64,000 nt of DNA from Clostridia bacterium (GTDB lineage: Bacteria > Bacillota > Clostridia > TANB77 > CAG-465): NCBI GenBank assembly GCA_045536565.1, contig JAZSNU010000013.1:1-64000 (forward strand), given 5' to 3'. The first letter of the stretch is position 1, and every line of letters begins with the position of its first letter. This document shows, one piece after another, positions 40,443-51,742 of the stretch. Below the pieces are notes generated by a model. That model searched no databases, was not told where the DNA came from, and was given only the letters and a program-made list of their open reading frames with translations. The position numbers were made by a program, and so were the translations under genes.

Positions 40443-41066
40443 TTAATATTCCAAATGTTTTTTCAGAATCATACAAAATGCATAAAAATCAAATTTAGAA
40501 TAAAACTGGACTGTAAATTCTTTTTGAGATTTATCAAAAGTTGAATAAATTTCATCTTTTGGAAGATGTGGAAAATCCGAATCAAATTCCCTTAAAGGAT
40601 CAAAAAAATACATATGGTCAAATTCTTTAAGTGGTTCATTAAGTTTAAAAGATACAAACCATTCTTCACCTGTACAACTTGCTATTATTTTAAGCCCATC
40701 ATAGTACTGGCCCATATCCACTTTGAATATTGGAAATATACCATTTCCTTCTGCAAGGTGTGTTCCTAACACTTGTACCGTATCACTTGACAAATAGTGT
40801 CTAGAAGTATTATAAAAGCCACTTGCTATTTGTTCAAGCATAAAGTTTATCTGCTCTTCAATTTCATCATCTCTGCTTAAGAAATGATTTACTTGTCTCC
40901 ACGCATGTACATCAACTGGAAGATGTTTATTATAATATTCTCTTACATACTCAATAATAGCTCTATCGTCTACTATATCCCCAGCAGATTCATAGTTTAG
41001 TAATTCTTCTTCGTCCATGTACAATTTTAAATTTGCATACAATTTATCGCTTACCTTTTTTGCCAT
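40443..41066 (-). CDS. Hypothetical protein
   Basis: 207-aa ORF with AGGAGG RBS. Confidence 0.7.
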   Translation of the reverse strand: MAKKVSDKLYANLKLYMDEEELLNYESAGDIVDDRAIIEYVREYYNKHLPVDVHAWRQVNHFLSRDDEIEEQINFMLEQIASGFYNTSRHYLSSDTVQVLGTHLAEGNGIFPIFKVDMGQYYDGLKIIASCTGEEWFVSFKLNEPLKEFDHMYFFDPLREFDSDFPHLPKDEIYSTFDKSQKEFTVQFYSKFDFYAFCMILKKHLEY

Positions 41067-41211
41067 TAAAATTCCTCCTTAAAATTATTTATGAGTTTAA
41101 ATTTTTTCTTTTACATATTGTATTATATCATATATAACAGAAAAATGCAAGTATTATGTAAATTACACATATGAAACAAAGGATAGAAATTGAATTCTAT
41201 CCTTCTTTTTA

Positions 41212-41784
41212 TTATATAAACATAAATTCTTTTTCTTTTGCTAAGCAGTCATATCCAACAAATACTTTTTCTGTGTTATACTTTTCAATCACAACCGGTT
41301 TTTGTAATTTCATACTTTCATTCATATCAAGTATTCTTTGATTTCTTGAACCTTTAAATTTCAAGTTCAAACTTCTTTTTTCAAGTTCAAACTTACCATC
41401 TACTAAAACATCTATGTTATTCATAAATTCTTTAAGTGCTGGTTTTGTTTCTGATAGTTCTAACAATTTTTCAAATGTAAAACCAGTATATGCCCATACA
41501 TTAAGTTCATTCTGTTTGCAGAACTTAGCTATTTCACCCGATGCCTCTATCTGGAAGAAAGGATCTCCCCCAGATAAAGTAACACCGTCTTGATTAGGCA
41601 CACTTAATATTTGTTTTTTTAAATCTTCTACATCTATTTCAAAACCTTTTGAATGATCATGTGTTTCTGGATTATGACAGCCTTTACAGTTATGCGAACA
41701 GCCTTGTGTCCATACTACTGTTCTTATTCCATCTCCGTCTACAATGCTATCTGATTGAAGCGGATTAGCAAGTCTAATCTTCAT
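41212..41784 (-). CDS. nrdG: Anaerobic RNR activating enzyme
   Basis: DSIVDGDG, CxxxCxxC radical-SAM motif, LSGGDP. Confidence 0.95.
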   Translation of the reverse strand: MKIRLANPLQSDSIVDGDGIRTVVWTQGCSHNCKGCHNPETHDHSKGFEIDVEDLKKQILSVPNQDGVTLSGGDPFFQIEASGEIAKFCKQNELNVWAYTGFTFEKLLELSETKPALKEFMNNIDVLVDGKFELEKRSLNLKFKGSRNQRILDMNESMKLQKPVVIEKYNTEKVFVGYDCLAKEKEFMFI

Positions 41785-44152
41785 TTACTGAATGTTTAAC
41801 CCTGTCCCTTTCTTCTGCTCTCTTACCATTATTGAATCTATCAACAGTTCCAACAAGGTAACCTGTTATTCTTCTAATTCTTTCAAAGCCAACTCCATCT
41901 GCCTCTGTTCTTCCGCAACCTGGACACTGATCGCCTATTACTCCTGTAAATCCACAAACCGGATCTCTATCTACTGGATGGTTAATTGCTCCATAACCAA
42001 TTCCTGCTTCTTTCATAAGTCTTACAACTTTTTCAAATGCGTCTACATTATTTGTTGTATCACCATCAAGCTCAATATATGAAATATGTCCTGCATTAGT
42101 TAGTGCATGATAAGGAGCTTCTAATTTTATTTTTCTTGCAACAGATATGTTATGATATACTGGTACATGGAAAGAGTTTGTATAATATTCTCTATCTGTT
42201 ATACCTTTTAATTTACCATATATTGCTTTATCTATATTAGTAAATCTTCCTGATAACCCTTCTGCTGGTGTAGCAATTACTGAGAAATTAAGATTATATT
42301 TTTCAGCATATTCATCTGCTTTTTGTCTCATGAAACCAACTATTTTAAGTCCTAATTCTTGTGCTTCTGCACTCTCACCATGGTGTTTACCAATTAAAGC
42401 TTTTAAGCATTCAGCAAGTCCTATAAATCCAACTGTTAAAGTACCATGTTTGTATACTTTTCTTAATCTGTCACCTGGTTTTAATGACTCACTATTTAAC
42501 CATACGCCTTGTCCAAGTAAGAATGGGAAGTTATATACTCTCTTGTTACATTGAACTTCAAATCTTTCTAATAATTGATCTTTTACAAGTTCTAGTTTTT
42601 CTTCAAGCTCTGCAAAGAAACCATCTAAATCAGCTTGTCCATTTAAAGCCATACCATGTTTAATACCTATTCTTGGAAGATTAATAGATGTAAATGATAA
42701 GTTACCTCTTCCTGCTGTTACTGCTTTATTTGGAACTACAACATTTCCAAGTACTCTTGTTCTACATCCCATGTATGCAACTTCTGTATTATAGTCTTCT
42801 GGGTTATAATATTGAAGGTTGTATGGTGAATCTATAAATGAGAAGTTAGGGAATAATCTTTTTGCAGATACTTCACATGCAAGTCTAAACAAGTCATAGT
42901 TTTTATCTTCTTTATTATAGTTTACCCCTTCTTTTACTTTAAATATTGATATAGGGAATATAGGAGTTTCATTTTTACCAAGCCCTGAATCAGTTGCTTT
43001 TAAATAGTTTTTTATAACCATTCTACCTTCTGGTGAAGTATCAGTACCAAAGTTTACTGATGAGAATGGAACTTGTGCTCCTGCTCTTGAATGCATTGTA
43101 TTTAAATTATGAATAAATGCTTCCATCGCTTGATAAGTTATTCTATCTGTTTTTTGAATAGCCTTTGTATATGACATATTAAATAGTCTTTTTAACTCTT
43201 CTGACTCTTTATAGAAAGGTTCAAAAACTTCTTCTACATCTATTTCAATACTATTTATTCTGTCTATTTCCTTTGCAACTTTGTCCATATTAACAAAGTA
43301 TTTAAAATCTGTTAAATCTAAATAATCATATATAGTTTGTTTTAATTGTTTTTTGAATGTAATTAAAACGCCAGGAGCCATATAATAATCAAAAGCTGGT
43401 ACAGATTGTCCACCATGTTGGTCGTTTTGGTTAGACTGAATTGCTATTGCAGCAAGTGCTGTATATGACATTATATCTTTTGGCTCTCTTAAATGACCAT
43501 GTCCTGTTGAAAAACCATTTTTAAATAATTTATTTAAATCTAATTGACAACATGTAGTTGTTCCCATTGGCATAAAGTCCATATCATGAATATGAATTTC
43601 TCCACTATCATGAGCATCTGCAAATTTTCTTTTCATCAAATATGATTTAGCAAATTCTTTTGATACAGTACTTCCATATTGAAGCATTGTTCCCATAGCA
43701 GTATCACCATCAACATTTGCATTTTCACGCTTTGCATCTTCTTCGTTTGCAGATTTTAAACCTAACCCTTCTAATGCTTTTAAAAACTTATGTTGTTTTT
43801 TCTCATCAAAGAAAACTTTTCTTGATTGAGTTCTTCTTTCTCTATAACTTGAAAAAGATTCATATACATCTTCATAACTTTTTTCTTTTAATTCTTCTTC
43901 TATCATATCTTGAATTTCTTCAATTTTTACTTTTTCTTTTTCTTTATTTAATTGCTCTAATCTATCTATTACTGCTTGATATACTTTATGAACATCTTTT
44001 TCAGTATACTTAGCATTTTCTTCATCCTCTGTTTTAATGCTATCAAATCCCTTTTTAATAGCTAGTGCAATTTTCGCACCATTAAATTCAACCTTTTTTC
44101 CATCTCTTTTTACAACTAATAGTTTAATGTTGTTTTCTTGTAAATCTGACAT
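41774..44152 (-). CDS. nrdD: Class III anaerobic ribonucleoside-triphosphate reductase
   Basis: ATP-cone VVKRDG, RENAN, IHIHD, TTCCQ, MGCRT, TPAEG, RRITGYL. Confidence 0.97.
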   Translation of the reverse strand: MSDLQENNIKLLVVKRDGKKVEFNGAKIALAIKKGFDSIKTEDEENAKYTEKDVHKVYQAVIDRLEQLNKEKEKVKIEEIQDMIEEELKEKSYEDVYESFSSYRERRTQSRKVFFDEKKQHKFLKALEGLGLKSANEEDAKRENANVDGDTAMGTMLQYGSTVSKEFAKSYLMKRKFADAHDSGEIHIHDMDFMPMGTTTCCQLDLNKLFKNGFSTGHGHLREPKDIMSYTALAAIAIQSNQNDQHGGQSVPAFDYYMAPGVLITFKKQLKQTIYDYLDLTDFKYFVNMDKVAKEIDRINSIEIDVEEVFEPFYKESEELKRLFNMSYTKAIQKTDRITYQAMEAFIHNLNTMHSRAGAQVPFSSVNFGTDTSPEGRMVIKNYLKATDSGLGKNETPIFPISIFKVKEGVNYNKEDKNYDLFRLACEVSAKRLFPNFSFIDSPYNLQYYNPEDYNTEVAYMGCRTRVLGNVVVPNKAVTAGRGNLSFTSINLPRIGIKHGMALNGQADLDGFFAELEEKLELVKDQLLERFEVQCNKRVYNFPFLLGQGVWLNSESLKPGDRLRKVYKHGTLTVGFIGLAECLKALIGKHHGESAEAQELGLKIVGFMRQKADEYAEKYNLNFSVIATPAEGLSGRFTNIDKAIYGKLKGITDREYYTNSFHVPVYHNISVARKIKLEAPYHALTNAGHISYIELDGDTTNNVDAFEKVVRLMKEAGIGYGAINHPVDRDPVCGFTGVIGDQCPGCGRTEADGVGFERIRRITGYLVGTVDRFNNGKRAEERDRVKHSVNED

Positions 44153-44284
44153 ATTTCATACCCCCTCATAAGATACTTATATATTACACCAACAAAAAGA
44201 TTTTTTCAAGTGTTTTTTTGTTAAATTTAAATTACCTCGTTATGTAATTTAAAGTGTTTTTTATTCAATTTTCCATTTTGCATT

Positions 44285-44291
44285 TTCGACA
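44285..44291 (-). promoter_or_regulatory. Spo0A box upstream of nrdD
   Basis: TTCGACA, exact consensus. Confidence 0.3.
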
Positions 44292-44520
44292 CTTTTCATA
44301 GTAATGCCAATGGTTTGATGGAATTTTACATTTTAAACTTTTTTATAAAAAAATATAGTTTTTTAAAAAAGTATTTTTCTATTTTTTCACATTTTTTGGA
44401 ATTTTTTCAAAAAATTATGTAGTTAAAAAACGATATAAATTTCATGTATACTTATTAATTTTAAAGTTACAGAATTATTACATTATTAATACTATATTTA
44501 ACAGAAAAAGATAGCAAAAG

Positions 44521-44554
44521 AAAAAGCATGTCTATTAATCTAGACATGCTTTTT
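44521..44554 (-). terminator. Terminator after tRNA-Lys
   Basis: AAAAAGCATGTCTA-TTAATC-TAGACATGCTTTTT. Confidence 0.8.
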
Positions 44555-44558
44555 TAAT

Positions 44559-44634
<76 letters not shown>

Positions 44635-44757
44635 AAATTTAACGCTTAATTATTATACCAAATTTTTTTGTATTTGTAAACATTTCACATAATTTTTTTA
44701 TTAATCTCTATCACAATTTATTTTTTTATGCTATACTTATCTAAATGAGGTGACAAA

Positions 44758-45342
44758 ATGAATAAAGAAAAACTTAATATTCCGCTTATCATTATAATTG
44801 TTACTATAATTGTATTAATTATATTTATATCTATATTTATTAAATACATATCAATTAAGTCAGAAGAAAGCAACCAAAATGTAAATAATAATAGTGAAAT
44901 AAAATATACCATATCTGAGGGGAACAACACAGTTATACCCGTCGATGAAAATTCCTCTATTAGAGTTATAACAGAATATGACGAAAATATGTTTAAAGGT
45001 CATAAATCATTAGTATTTTTTTGGGCATCTTGGTGTTCTCATTGTCAAGAGGAATACGATGTATTAAAAACCGCTATTTCTGAATATAAAAATAGAGGTT
45101 ATGAAATATTTGTTATCTCACACGATTACAAGATTGATGAACTTAGCGATTTTATGAAACAAAATGATTTTGATTACGAAGTATATTTTGATGAAACTAG
45201 AATAATTAGAAAAAATATAAATCCTGAAGCATCTTCTGTTCCACTTACTTATATCTTGGACGAGAATGCTAAGTTAATAGACTTTCATGATGGTGCTATA
45301 ACATTAGAAGAATTAAACGATTTAATAAATAGAAACATGTAG
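44758..45342 (+). CDS. TlpA/ResA-like membrane-anchored thiol-disulfide oxidoreductase
   Basis: N-terminal TM, FWASWCSHC, SVPLTYILD. Confidence 0.88.
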   Translation: MNKEKLNIPLIIIIVTIIVLIIFISIFIKYISIKSEESNQNVNNNSEIKYTISEGNNTVIPVDENSSIRVITEYDENMFKGHKSLVFFWASWCSHCQEEYDVLKTAISEYKNRGYEIFVISHDYKIDELSDFMKQNDFDYEVYFDETRIIRKNINPEASSVPLTYILDENAKLIDFHDGAITLEELNDLINRNM

Positions 45343-45398
45343 CAAAACATCCTAGAAATTAATCTAGGATGTTTATCATTTTTTCATATTAATATTCA

Positions 45399-46412
45399 CT
45401 ATTTCTGCTTTGATTTACCATCTATCTTATTACTTATTATTTTTAAATTCTCTAAATATTCCTTTTCTACGGGACTTATTGTTTTTACTTGATATTTTTT
45501 ATACTCAGATTTAGCTTTTTCTATTGCTTTGTTGTGACTTACAGCACCAGCACCAACCAACAATTTTTCTCCTGTACTAGAAAGGATCGTATCTAACTGT
45601 GTAATATAATCATCCATATACATTGGTTTGTGTCTAATTGCTTATATTTCAGCAAAATCAAAATATCCAGATACTAAATTATTTAAAATTTTTAATTCCT
45701 CGTCGTCTAAATAATTCTTTGCAATTACGACATCACTCATAACAGGAATTTCACCCCTAAAATTGGTCAATCCCATAAATGGTTTATCTGAATCTGCTCT
45801 TTCATAAATAACCTCCGATGCCGTATGTCCATGTGCGGCAAAATGAAGTTTATTTTGAACAATTTTGAAAAATCGAATTGATTTACTATCCTTAGGATTA
45901 TAGTCAAGCGGTTGCATACAAATCAAGAACTTGCCTATATAATACTTTTTCAGATGACCTTATATCTTTAATTCTAGCAAGTAACTCTTTCCAATAATTA
46001 CCTCCGCTATTTCCTTTAAGTCTTTCATCATCCATAGTAAAGCCCTTAATCATATATTCTTTTAATCTTTCTGTTGCCCATTTTCTAAAATTAGTGGCAA
46101 CCTTAGATTTTATTCTATATCCTAAAGAAATAATCATATCTAGGTTGTAATATTTAACTTTTCTTTCAACGCTTCTATTTCCTTCTTTTTGAACTGTCAA
46201 GAATTCCTTGACAGTTGAATTCTCTATTAATTCTTCTTCATCAAAGATGTTTTTAATATGCAAGCTTATATTTTGTTTAGTCGTATCTATAACTCTGCCA
46301 TTTGTTGCTGAGATAACCATACAGTATCTTTTTCTATTTTTACATGTATTTTAGTTAATCCATCATCTGTTTGATATATAACAATATCACTATTTATCTT
46401 CTTTTCTTCCAA
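45399..46412 (-). pseudogene. Virulence RhuM-family protein, pseudogene
   Basis: TTG start after GGAGGT, TVWLSQQQMAEL, YNLDMIISLGYR, FRKWATERLKEY. Two frameshifts (about 46288 and 45905) and an in-frame TAA (45642-45644). Confidence 0.88.
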
Positions 46413-46487
46413 TAAATAATACCTCCTAATTATTGTATTTAGAAGGATGTCAACATTATATTTATCTGTTTACATCCTTCTCTTATT

Positions 46488-49256
46488 TTATTCTTCACTA
46501 TTTTTCCCACAACAGAACTTGTATTTTTTTCCACTTCCACATGTGCAAGGCTCATTTTTACCAACTTTTTTAGCTACTTTAACTGGCTGTTTTTTTACTG
46601 TTTCGTTACCTCCATATGCTGATACATTTTGTTTTTCATAATTTGCATTTATTTTTACTTCTTTATTTGGCACATTTGCTCTATCAAAATTTACAGTAAA
46701 TACTGCTCTTAAAACATCTTCCTTAATAGCTTCATTCATTTCTTCAAACAAATCAAAACCTTCTATTTTATATGCATCTACTGGATTGTTTTGACCATAT
46801 GATCTTAAATGAATTCCATCTTTTAAATGTGTCATATCATCTATATGATTCATCCATTTTTCATCTACTGTTTTAAGCATAATGAATTTTTCTATTTTTC
46901 TATATGCATCTATTGCACCTTTTTGTTTAAATTCTTTTATTCTTTCGTTATATATACTCTTAACTCTTTCTGATATTGTTACAAATATATTGTCTAAATC
47001 TAGCTTTTCTACATCTTCTTTTGCAATTAAGTCATGTCTTCCAAACAAATTATATAATGCAAGTTCAAATGATTCTAAATCTATTTCTTCTGCATTTCTT
47101 ACATGTCCAATGTATTCGTAAACAAATTGATTTATTTTAGAGTTAAGTATTTTCATAATTGATTCTTCAACTGAATCGTTATCTAAGATTTGTCTTCTTT
47201 GGTTATATATAACATCTCTTTGTTTATTCATTACATCGTCATATTCAAGCACACTTTTTCTTATGCTATAATTTCTGCCTTCAACTCTTTTTTGAGCATT
47301 TTTTATAAGAGGAGTTAACATACCAAATTCTATTGGCATATCCTCCGGAAATTGCATAGAATCAGCAAGTGTAGAAACTGTATCCCCACCGAAAAGTTTC
47401 ATCAAATCATCTTCTAAGGATATATAGAATTTACTTTCTCCTGGGTCACCTTGTCTTCCTGCTCTACCCCTTAATTGGTTGTCAATTCTTCTTGACTCAT
47501 GTCTTTCGCTACCTATAATTTTTAATCCGCCAACTTCTACAACTTTTTTCTTATCCTCTTCTATTTCTTTCTTAAACTCTGCTTCTAGTTCTTTGTATTC
47601 TTTTCTTATTGCTAATAATTCTGCATCATCAGTATTTGCAAAACCTGATGCAAATTCTATTTTATCCTGATCTATACCTTTTGCTAATAGTTTCCTTTTT
47701 GCTAAAAATTCTGCATTTCCTCCAAGTAATATATCAGTACCTCTACCTGCCATATTTGTAGCAATTGTTACTGTTTTATATTTACCTGCTTGTGCAACAA
47801 TTTCTGCCTCTTTATCATGGAATTTAGCATTTAATACTTTATGTGGTATTTTTGCTTTTTCCAAAAGTTTGCTTAATATTTCTGATTTTTCTATTGATAC
47901 TGTACCTACCAGAACAGGTTGCCCTTTTTCGTAACTTTCTTTTACATCTTCAACTATTGCATTAAATTTACCTTTTTCGGTTTTGTATACAACATCATTT
48001 TTATCTATTCTTATAGTTTCTCTATTAGTTGGTATTTCTACTACATCTAGTCCATATATACCTTTAAATTCTACCTCTTCTGTTTTTGCTGTACCTGTCA
48101 TACCAGAAAGTTTTGAATATAATCTAAAATAATTTTGAAATGTAATAGTAGCTAAGGTTTTAGATTCTCTTGCAATTTTAACACCTTCTTTTGCTTCAAT
48201 AGCTTGGTGAAGTCCATCGCTATATCTTCTTCCTTCCATTATGCGTCCAGTAAATTCATCAACTATTAATATTTCTCCATCTTTTTCTATGTAATCAATA
48301 TCTCTTTTCATTATGCCATGAGCCTTTAATGCCTGATTTATATGATGAGATATTTCCATATTTGACATATCCGATAATTCTTCTATACCAAAATATTTCT
48401 CACATTTTTCTGTTCCTCTTTCAGTTAAAGAAACACTTTTTGCTTTCAAATCTATTACGTAATCATAGTTTTCGTTGCCCGCATCAAACTCTTTATCGTT
48501 ACTTTCTACTATAATTCTTGGAGTAAGTTTTCTAACTAATTTATCAGTTTTTTCATATAAATCAGTTGATTTGTCTCCCATACCAGATATTATTAAAGGA
48601 GTACGAGCTTCATCTATTAATATACTATCTATTTCGTCTACTATTGCATAGTTAAGCTGCCTTTGAACCATGTCTGATTTTGACATACACATATTATCTC
48701 TTAGATAATCAAATCCAAGTTCATTATTTGTAGCATATATAACATCACTCTCATATGCTTTTTTCTTATCCCTAGGCTGCATTCCAGGTACAACAAGTCC
48801 CACAGTTAGCCCTAAGAATTTATATACTTTTCCCATCCATACACTATCACGAGATGCTAAGTAATCATTAACAGTTACTACATGTACACCTTTTCCAGTA
48901 AGTGCATTTAAATATACAGGAAGTGTTGCAACTAATGTTTTACCTTCACCAGTTTTCATTTCAACAATTCTTCCTTGATGTAATATTATTCCACCTATTA
49001 ATTGAACTCTAAAATGTTTCATATTAAGTACACGAAAAGATGCTTCTCTTACAACAGCAAATGCTTCAACAAGCAAATCTTCCAATGTTTCTCCATTTTT
49101 ATATCTTGTTTTAAATTCTTCTGTTTTTGCTCTTAACTCATCATCAGATAATTTTTGCATATCTTCATCTAATGCTTCTATTTTATCTACAAGCGGTAAT
49201 ATTTTCTTTATTTCCCTTTTACTATATGAGCCAAAAATTTTTTCCATTATTCCCAT
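46488..49256 (-). CDS. secA: Preprotein translocase SecA
   Basis: [42 protein letters not shown] motif. Confidence 0.98.
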   Translation of the reverse strand: MGIMEKIFGSYSKREIKKILPLVDKIEALDEDMQKLSDDELRAKTEEFKTRYKNGETLEDLLVEAFAVVREASFRVLNMKHFRVQLIGGIILHQGRIVEMKTGEGKTLVATLPVYLNALTGKGVHVVTVNDYLASRDSVWMGKVYKFLGLTVGLVVPGMQPRDKKKAYESDVIYATNNELGFDYLRDNMCMSKSDMVQRQLNYAIVDEIDSILIDEARTPLIISGMGDKSTDLYEKTDKLVRKLTPRIIVESNDKEFDAGNENYDYVIDLKAKSVSLTERGTEKCEKYFGIEELSDMSNMEISHHINQALKAHGIMKRDIDYIEKDGEILIVDEFTGRIMEGRRYSDGLHQAIEAKEGVKIARESKTLATITFQNYFRLYSKLSGMTGTAKTEEVEFKGIYGLDVVEIPTNRETIRIDKNDVVYKTEKGKFNAIVEDVKESYEKGQPVLVGTVSIEKSEILSKLLEKAKIPHKVLNAKFHDKEAEIVAQAGKYKTVTIATNMAGRGTDILLGGNAEFLAKRKLLAKGIDQDKIEFASGFANTDDAELLAIRKEYKELEAEFKKEIEEDKKKVVEVGGLKIIGSERHESRRIDNQLRGRAGRQGDPGESKFYISLEDDLMKLFGGDTVSTLADSMQFPEDMPIEFGMLTPLIKNAQKRVEGRNYSIRKSVLEYDDVMNKQRDVIYNQRRQILDNDSVEESIMKILNSKINQFVYEYIGHVRNAEEIDLESFELALYNLFGRHDLIAKEDVEKLDLDNIFVTISERVKSIYNERIKEFKQKGAIDAYRKIEKFIMLKTVDEKWMNHIDDMTHLKDGIHLRSYGQNNPVDAYKIEGFDLFEEMNEAIKEDVLRAVFTVNFDRANVPNKEVKINANYEKQNVSAYGGNETVKKQPVKVAKKVGKNEPCTCGSGKKYKFCCGKNSEE

Positions 49257-49374
49257 TTATATATTTACCTCCATTTTTGCTACAATTATATATAACAAAT
49301 ATTTTTGTAATTATATCACAAAAGATAATAAAAAAAAAGACCAATAATTATTTAATTACTAGTCTTTTTTAGGT

Positions 49375-50355
49375 TCAGTCAGGTGGCGTTACAATAAACA
49401 GCTCACCAAAATAACTTGCATCTTTTAAAGCTTCTACTCTTTTCTGAATATGGTTACCATATTTTCCAAGATACTCAGCATTATGTCCGGAAAACTCGAA
49501 TTTTTCTATCAGCGTATTTATTAACTCACTTGCATTTATAGTACCATATTTTATTTCCATTACAATCAAATCGGCATATGCTTTTGGAATCATAAGTGTT
49601 TCTGGATCGTCAGAATAAATTTGAGCAAACAGGTAATTATTTACTACTTTCTCAAATAAATTAAACGGCATATACATTCCTAAATTATCTAAGTATTGTT
49701 TTAATATCTTATTTATGTTCTTTTCTTCAAAAACAGTAAGTATTGATAATTCGTTGTATAATGAATATATCGTTTCTTCAAAAGCAATAAGTCCTGTTGT
49801 GTTAGATATGGTTGTTGGTACGCACTGCCAGTAATCTCTGCCGAAATAAAAATCGGATAACTTAGCAGATGTACTTGGAAATCTCTCGCAAATGCTTAAA
49901 TCCTTATCGAGTTCCATTAAAAGATTTTTTGTCTCTTTAAAATATTCGTTTCCTCTTGGTATTTTCCGTTTAGACTTTGCGATTATCTTTTTAAGTCTAT
50001 TAATATGAAGATTATAATTAGCATGAGCCATCTCTATAACTTCTAATGCTTTATTATTTTTTATTAAATTTATAAATTCTTCATAGGTTAATGTACATTC
50101 TTTGTTCTTCAAATACAGTTCAATAACATAATATACATTACATACCGCATTGTATACCCACTCTGGTTTTATATTTCCACCTGTTTTGCTAACGGCATAA
50201 TCCATTGCTGGAAAAGATAAGTTGTTTTCAAGAGTCAATTCATCACAAATTCCCATTTCTTCTGCAAGCGAAAATAAAGTTAAAACAAGTTTACCTTCTT
50301 CTATATTTTTTGTTTTTTCTTTTAATATATCTTCTCTGGAAATTATTCCATTCAT
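49375..50355 (-). CDS. Hypothetical protein, DUF6179-like
   Basis: Pattern resemblance only (YVIELYLK...YNELSILTVF...NLFEKVVNN); start after GGAGGT. Confidence 0.5.
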   Translation of the reverse strand: MNGIISREDILKEKTKNIEEGKLVLTLFSLAEEMGICDELTLENNLSFPAMDYAVSKTGGNIKPEWVYNAVCNVYYVIELYLKNKECTLTYEEFINLIKNNKALEVIEMAHANYNLHINRLKKIIAKSKRKIPRGNEYFKETKNLLMELDKDLSICERFPSTSAKLSDFYFGRDYWQCVPTTISNTTGLIAFEETIYSLYNELSILTVFEEKNINKILKQYLDNLGMYMPFNLFEKVVNNYLFAQIYSDDPETLMIPKAYADLIVMEIKYGTINASELINTLIEKFEFSGHNAEYLGKYGNHIQKRVEALKDASYFGELFIVTPPD

Positions 50356-50581
50356 TATGATACCTCCTATAATAAAATTATTTATATAAATATATAGTGT
50401 ACAAATATACAATAGTATTATAACATATATTACATTTTTTGTCAATTATGTATATAAATTATGTATACTTTATTGACATTTTTGCCTAACAATGGTATAA
50501 TAGTATTGTATTAAATAGTTAATATATCTTGATATTGCAAGGTATAAATATATATTATAATTATGAAGGAGGATGTTCTAT

Positions 50582-51103
50582 ATGAACACAAAAAATTTAA
50601 CTAATGAGGTAACTATTGCTGACAGCCAAAAGGCTATTCTTTCTTTACGCACATACGGACTAGCTCCTGAAAAGTGCGAAAAGATTTTAGCAGAAGAATG
50701 TGTAATTGCATCTGAAATCTTAACACCACAGTTTGCTATTTCCCCATCTCTTATAGAGATGTTTGGTGAACAGTTTATCTCAGATTCAATGTCATATGCT
50801 TATTTGTTTATGGAAGAGTATGGTTTGGAATGGTGTGATTATGAGCTTATCTTAAAAACACTATTAAAAGTATTTAGACCAGAAGATGTAATGTTTAGCC
50901 CTGAAAGAATACGAATGTTTATTAAAAACATTCGTAGAAAGGTATATTACAAGATTGCATCTGGTGATATGGATACATTCCATTCAGGATTAGTTGCAGC
51001 AATTGAAGAAATCGGAGATTTTGAAGACATCAAAGAGTTAAGTGAAGACCTTGACATTTTTGATGATATGGCTCCGGTGGATGAAGAAATTGAAGAAGAC
51101 TAA
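50582..51103 (+). CDS. Acidic hypothetical protein
   Basis: AGGAGG RBS, TTGACA-N17-TATAAT promoter upstream, terminator downstream. Confidence 0.7.
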   Translation: MNTKNLTNEVTIADSQKAILSLRTYGLAPEKCEKILAEECVIASEILTPQFAISPSLIEMFGEQFISDSMSYAYLFMEEYGLEWCDYELILKTLLKVFRPEDVMFSPERIRMFIKNIRRKVYYKIASGDMDTFHSGLVAAIEEIGDFEDIKELSEDLDIFDDMAPVDEEIEED

Positions 51104-51200
51104 ACTTCAAGCTAGCCCCTTAATTTTTGGGGCTAGTTTTTTTGCATATATTACCTACTTGTGAATATGATTTAGTAAAGATTATTTTATGAGGTGATTT

Positions 51201-51695
51201 ATGTTTGTCTTTAATGTAAAAGTTAATATAAAAAAAATAATGATTATACTTGGTGTTATTGCAGTATTAATTGCTATTTTCATAGAACTAGACTTGTTTA
51301 GTTCAAATACTAAAAATATTGAAATATATGAGGATAAATTTGATTATGTTATTACAGAACAAAATTTCACCAATATGTTAAAAACAATTCACGATAACAT
51401 TGATAAAAACATAGGTAAAACTGTAAAAATTTCAGGATTTGTATTTACTATGCCAGATTTTAAGGATAATTATTTTGTATGTGGAAGAAATATGATTCTA
51501 TCCGGAAATGAAAAAGTAGTTGGTTTTTTGTGTGATTATGAAAAGGCATATAATCTATTAGAATCAGAATGGGTAGAAGTTACGGGAGTTATAGAAAAAG
51601 GATTTTATCATACCGATATGCCAATCATTAAAGTAGAAACTCTGAATAAAATTACTGCACCAGAAAATACTTTTGTAAATCCTCCTTCTAACTAA
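51201..51695 (+). CDS. Membrane-anchored DUF1980/TIGR03943-like C-terminal domain protein
   Basis: GKTVKISGFV, FVCGRNM, VGFLC, EWVEVTGVI. Confidence 0.65.
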   Translation: MFVFNVKVNIKKIMIILGVIAVLIAIFIELDLFSSNTKNIEIYEDKFDYVITEQNFTNMLKTIHDNIDKNIGKTVKISGFVFTMPDFKDNYFVCGRNMILSGNEKVVGFLCDYEKAYNLLESEWVEVTGVIEKGFYHTDMPIIKVETLNKITAPENTFVNPPSN

Positions 51696-51742
51696 TAAAT
51701 ATATAGCAGCAGTTAAATAAATTAGCTGCTGCATTATTAATT

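Noticed and set aside
44153-44520. NrdR boxes or a riboswitch upstream of nrdD
   Set aside because: Only weak AT-rich partial matches and no structured GC block.
45399-46320. Three separate small genes
   Set aside because: They are consecutive fragments of one rhuM-family reading frame.
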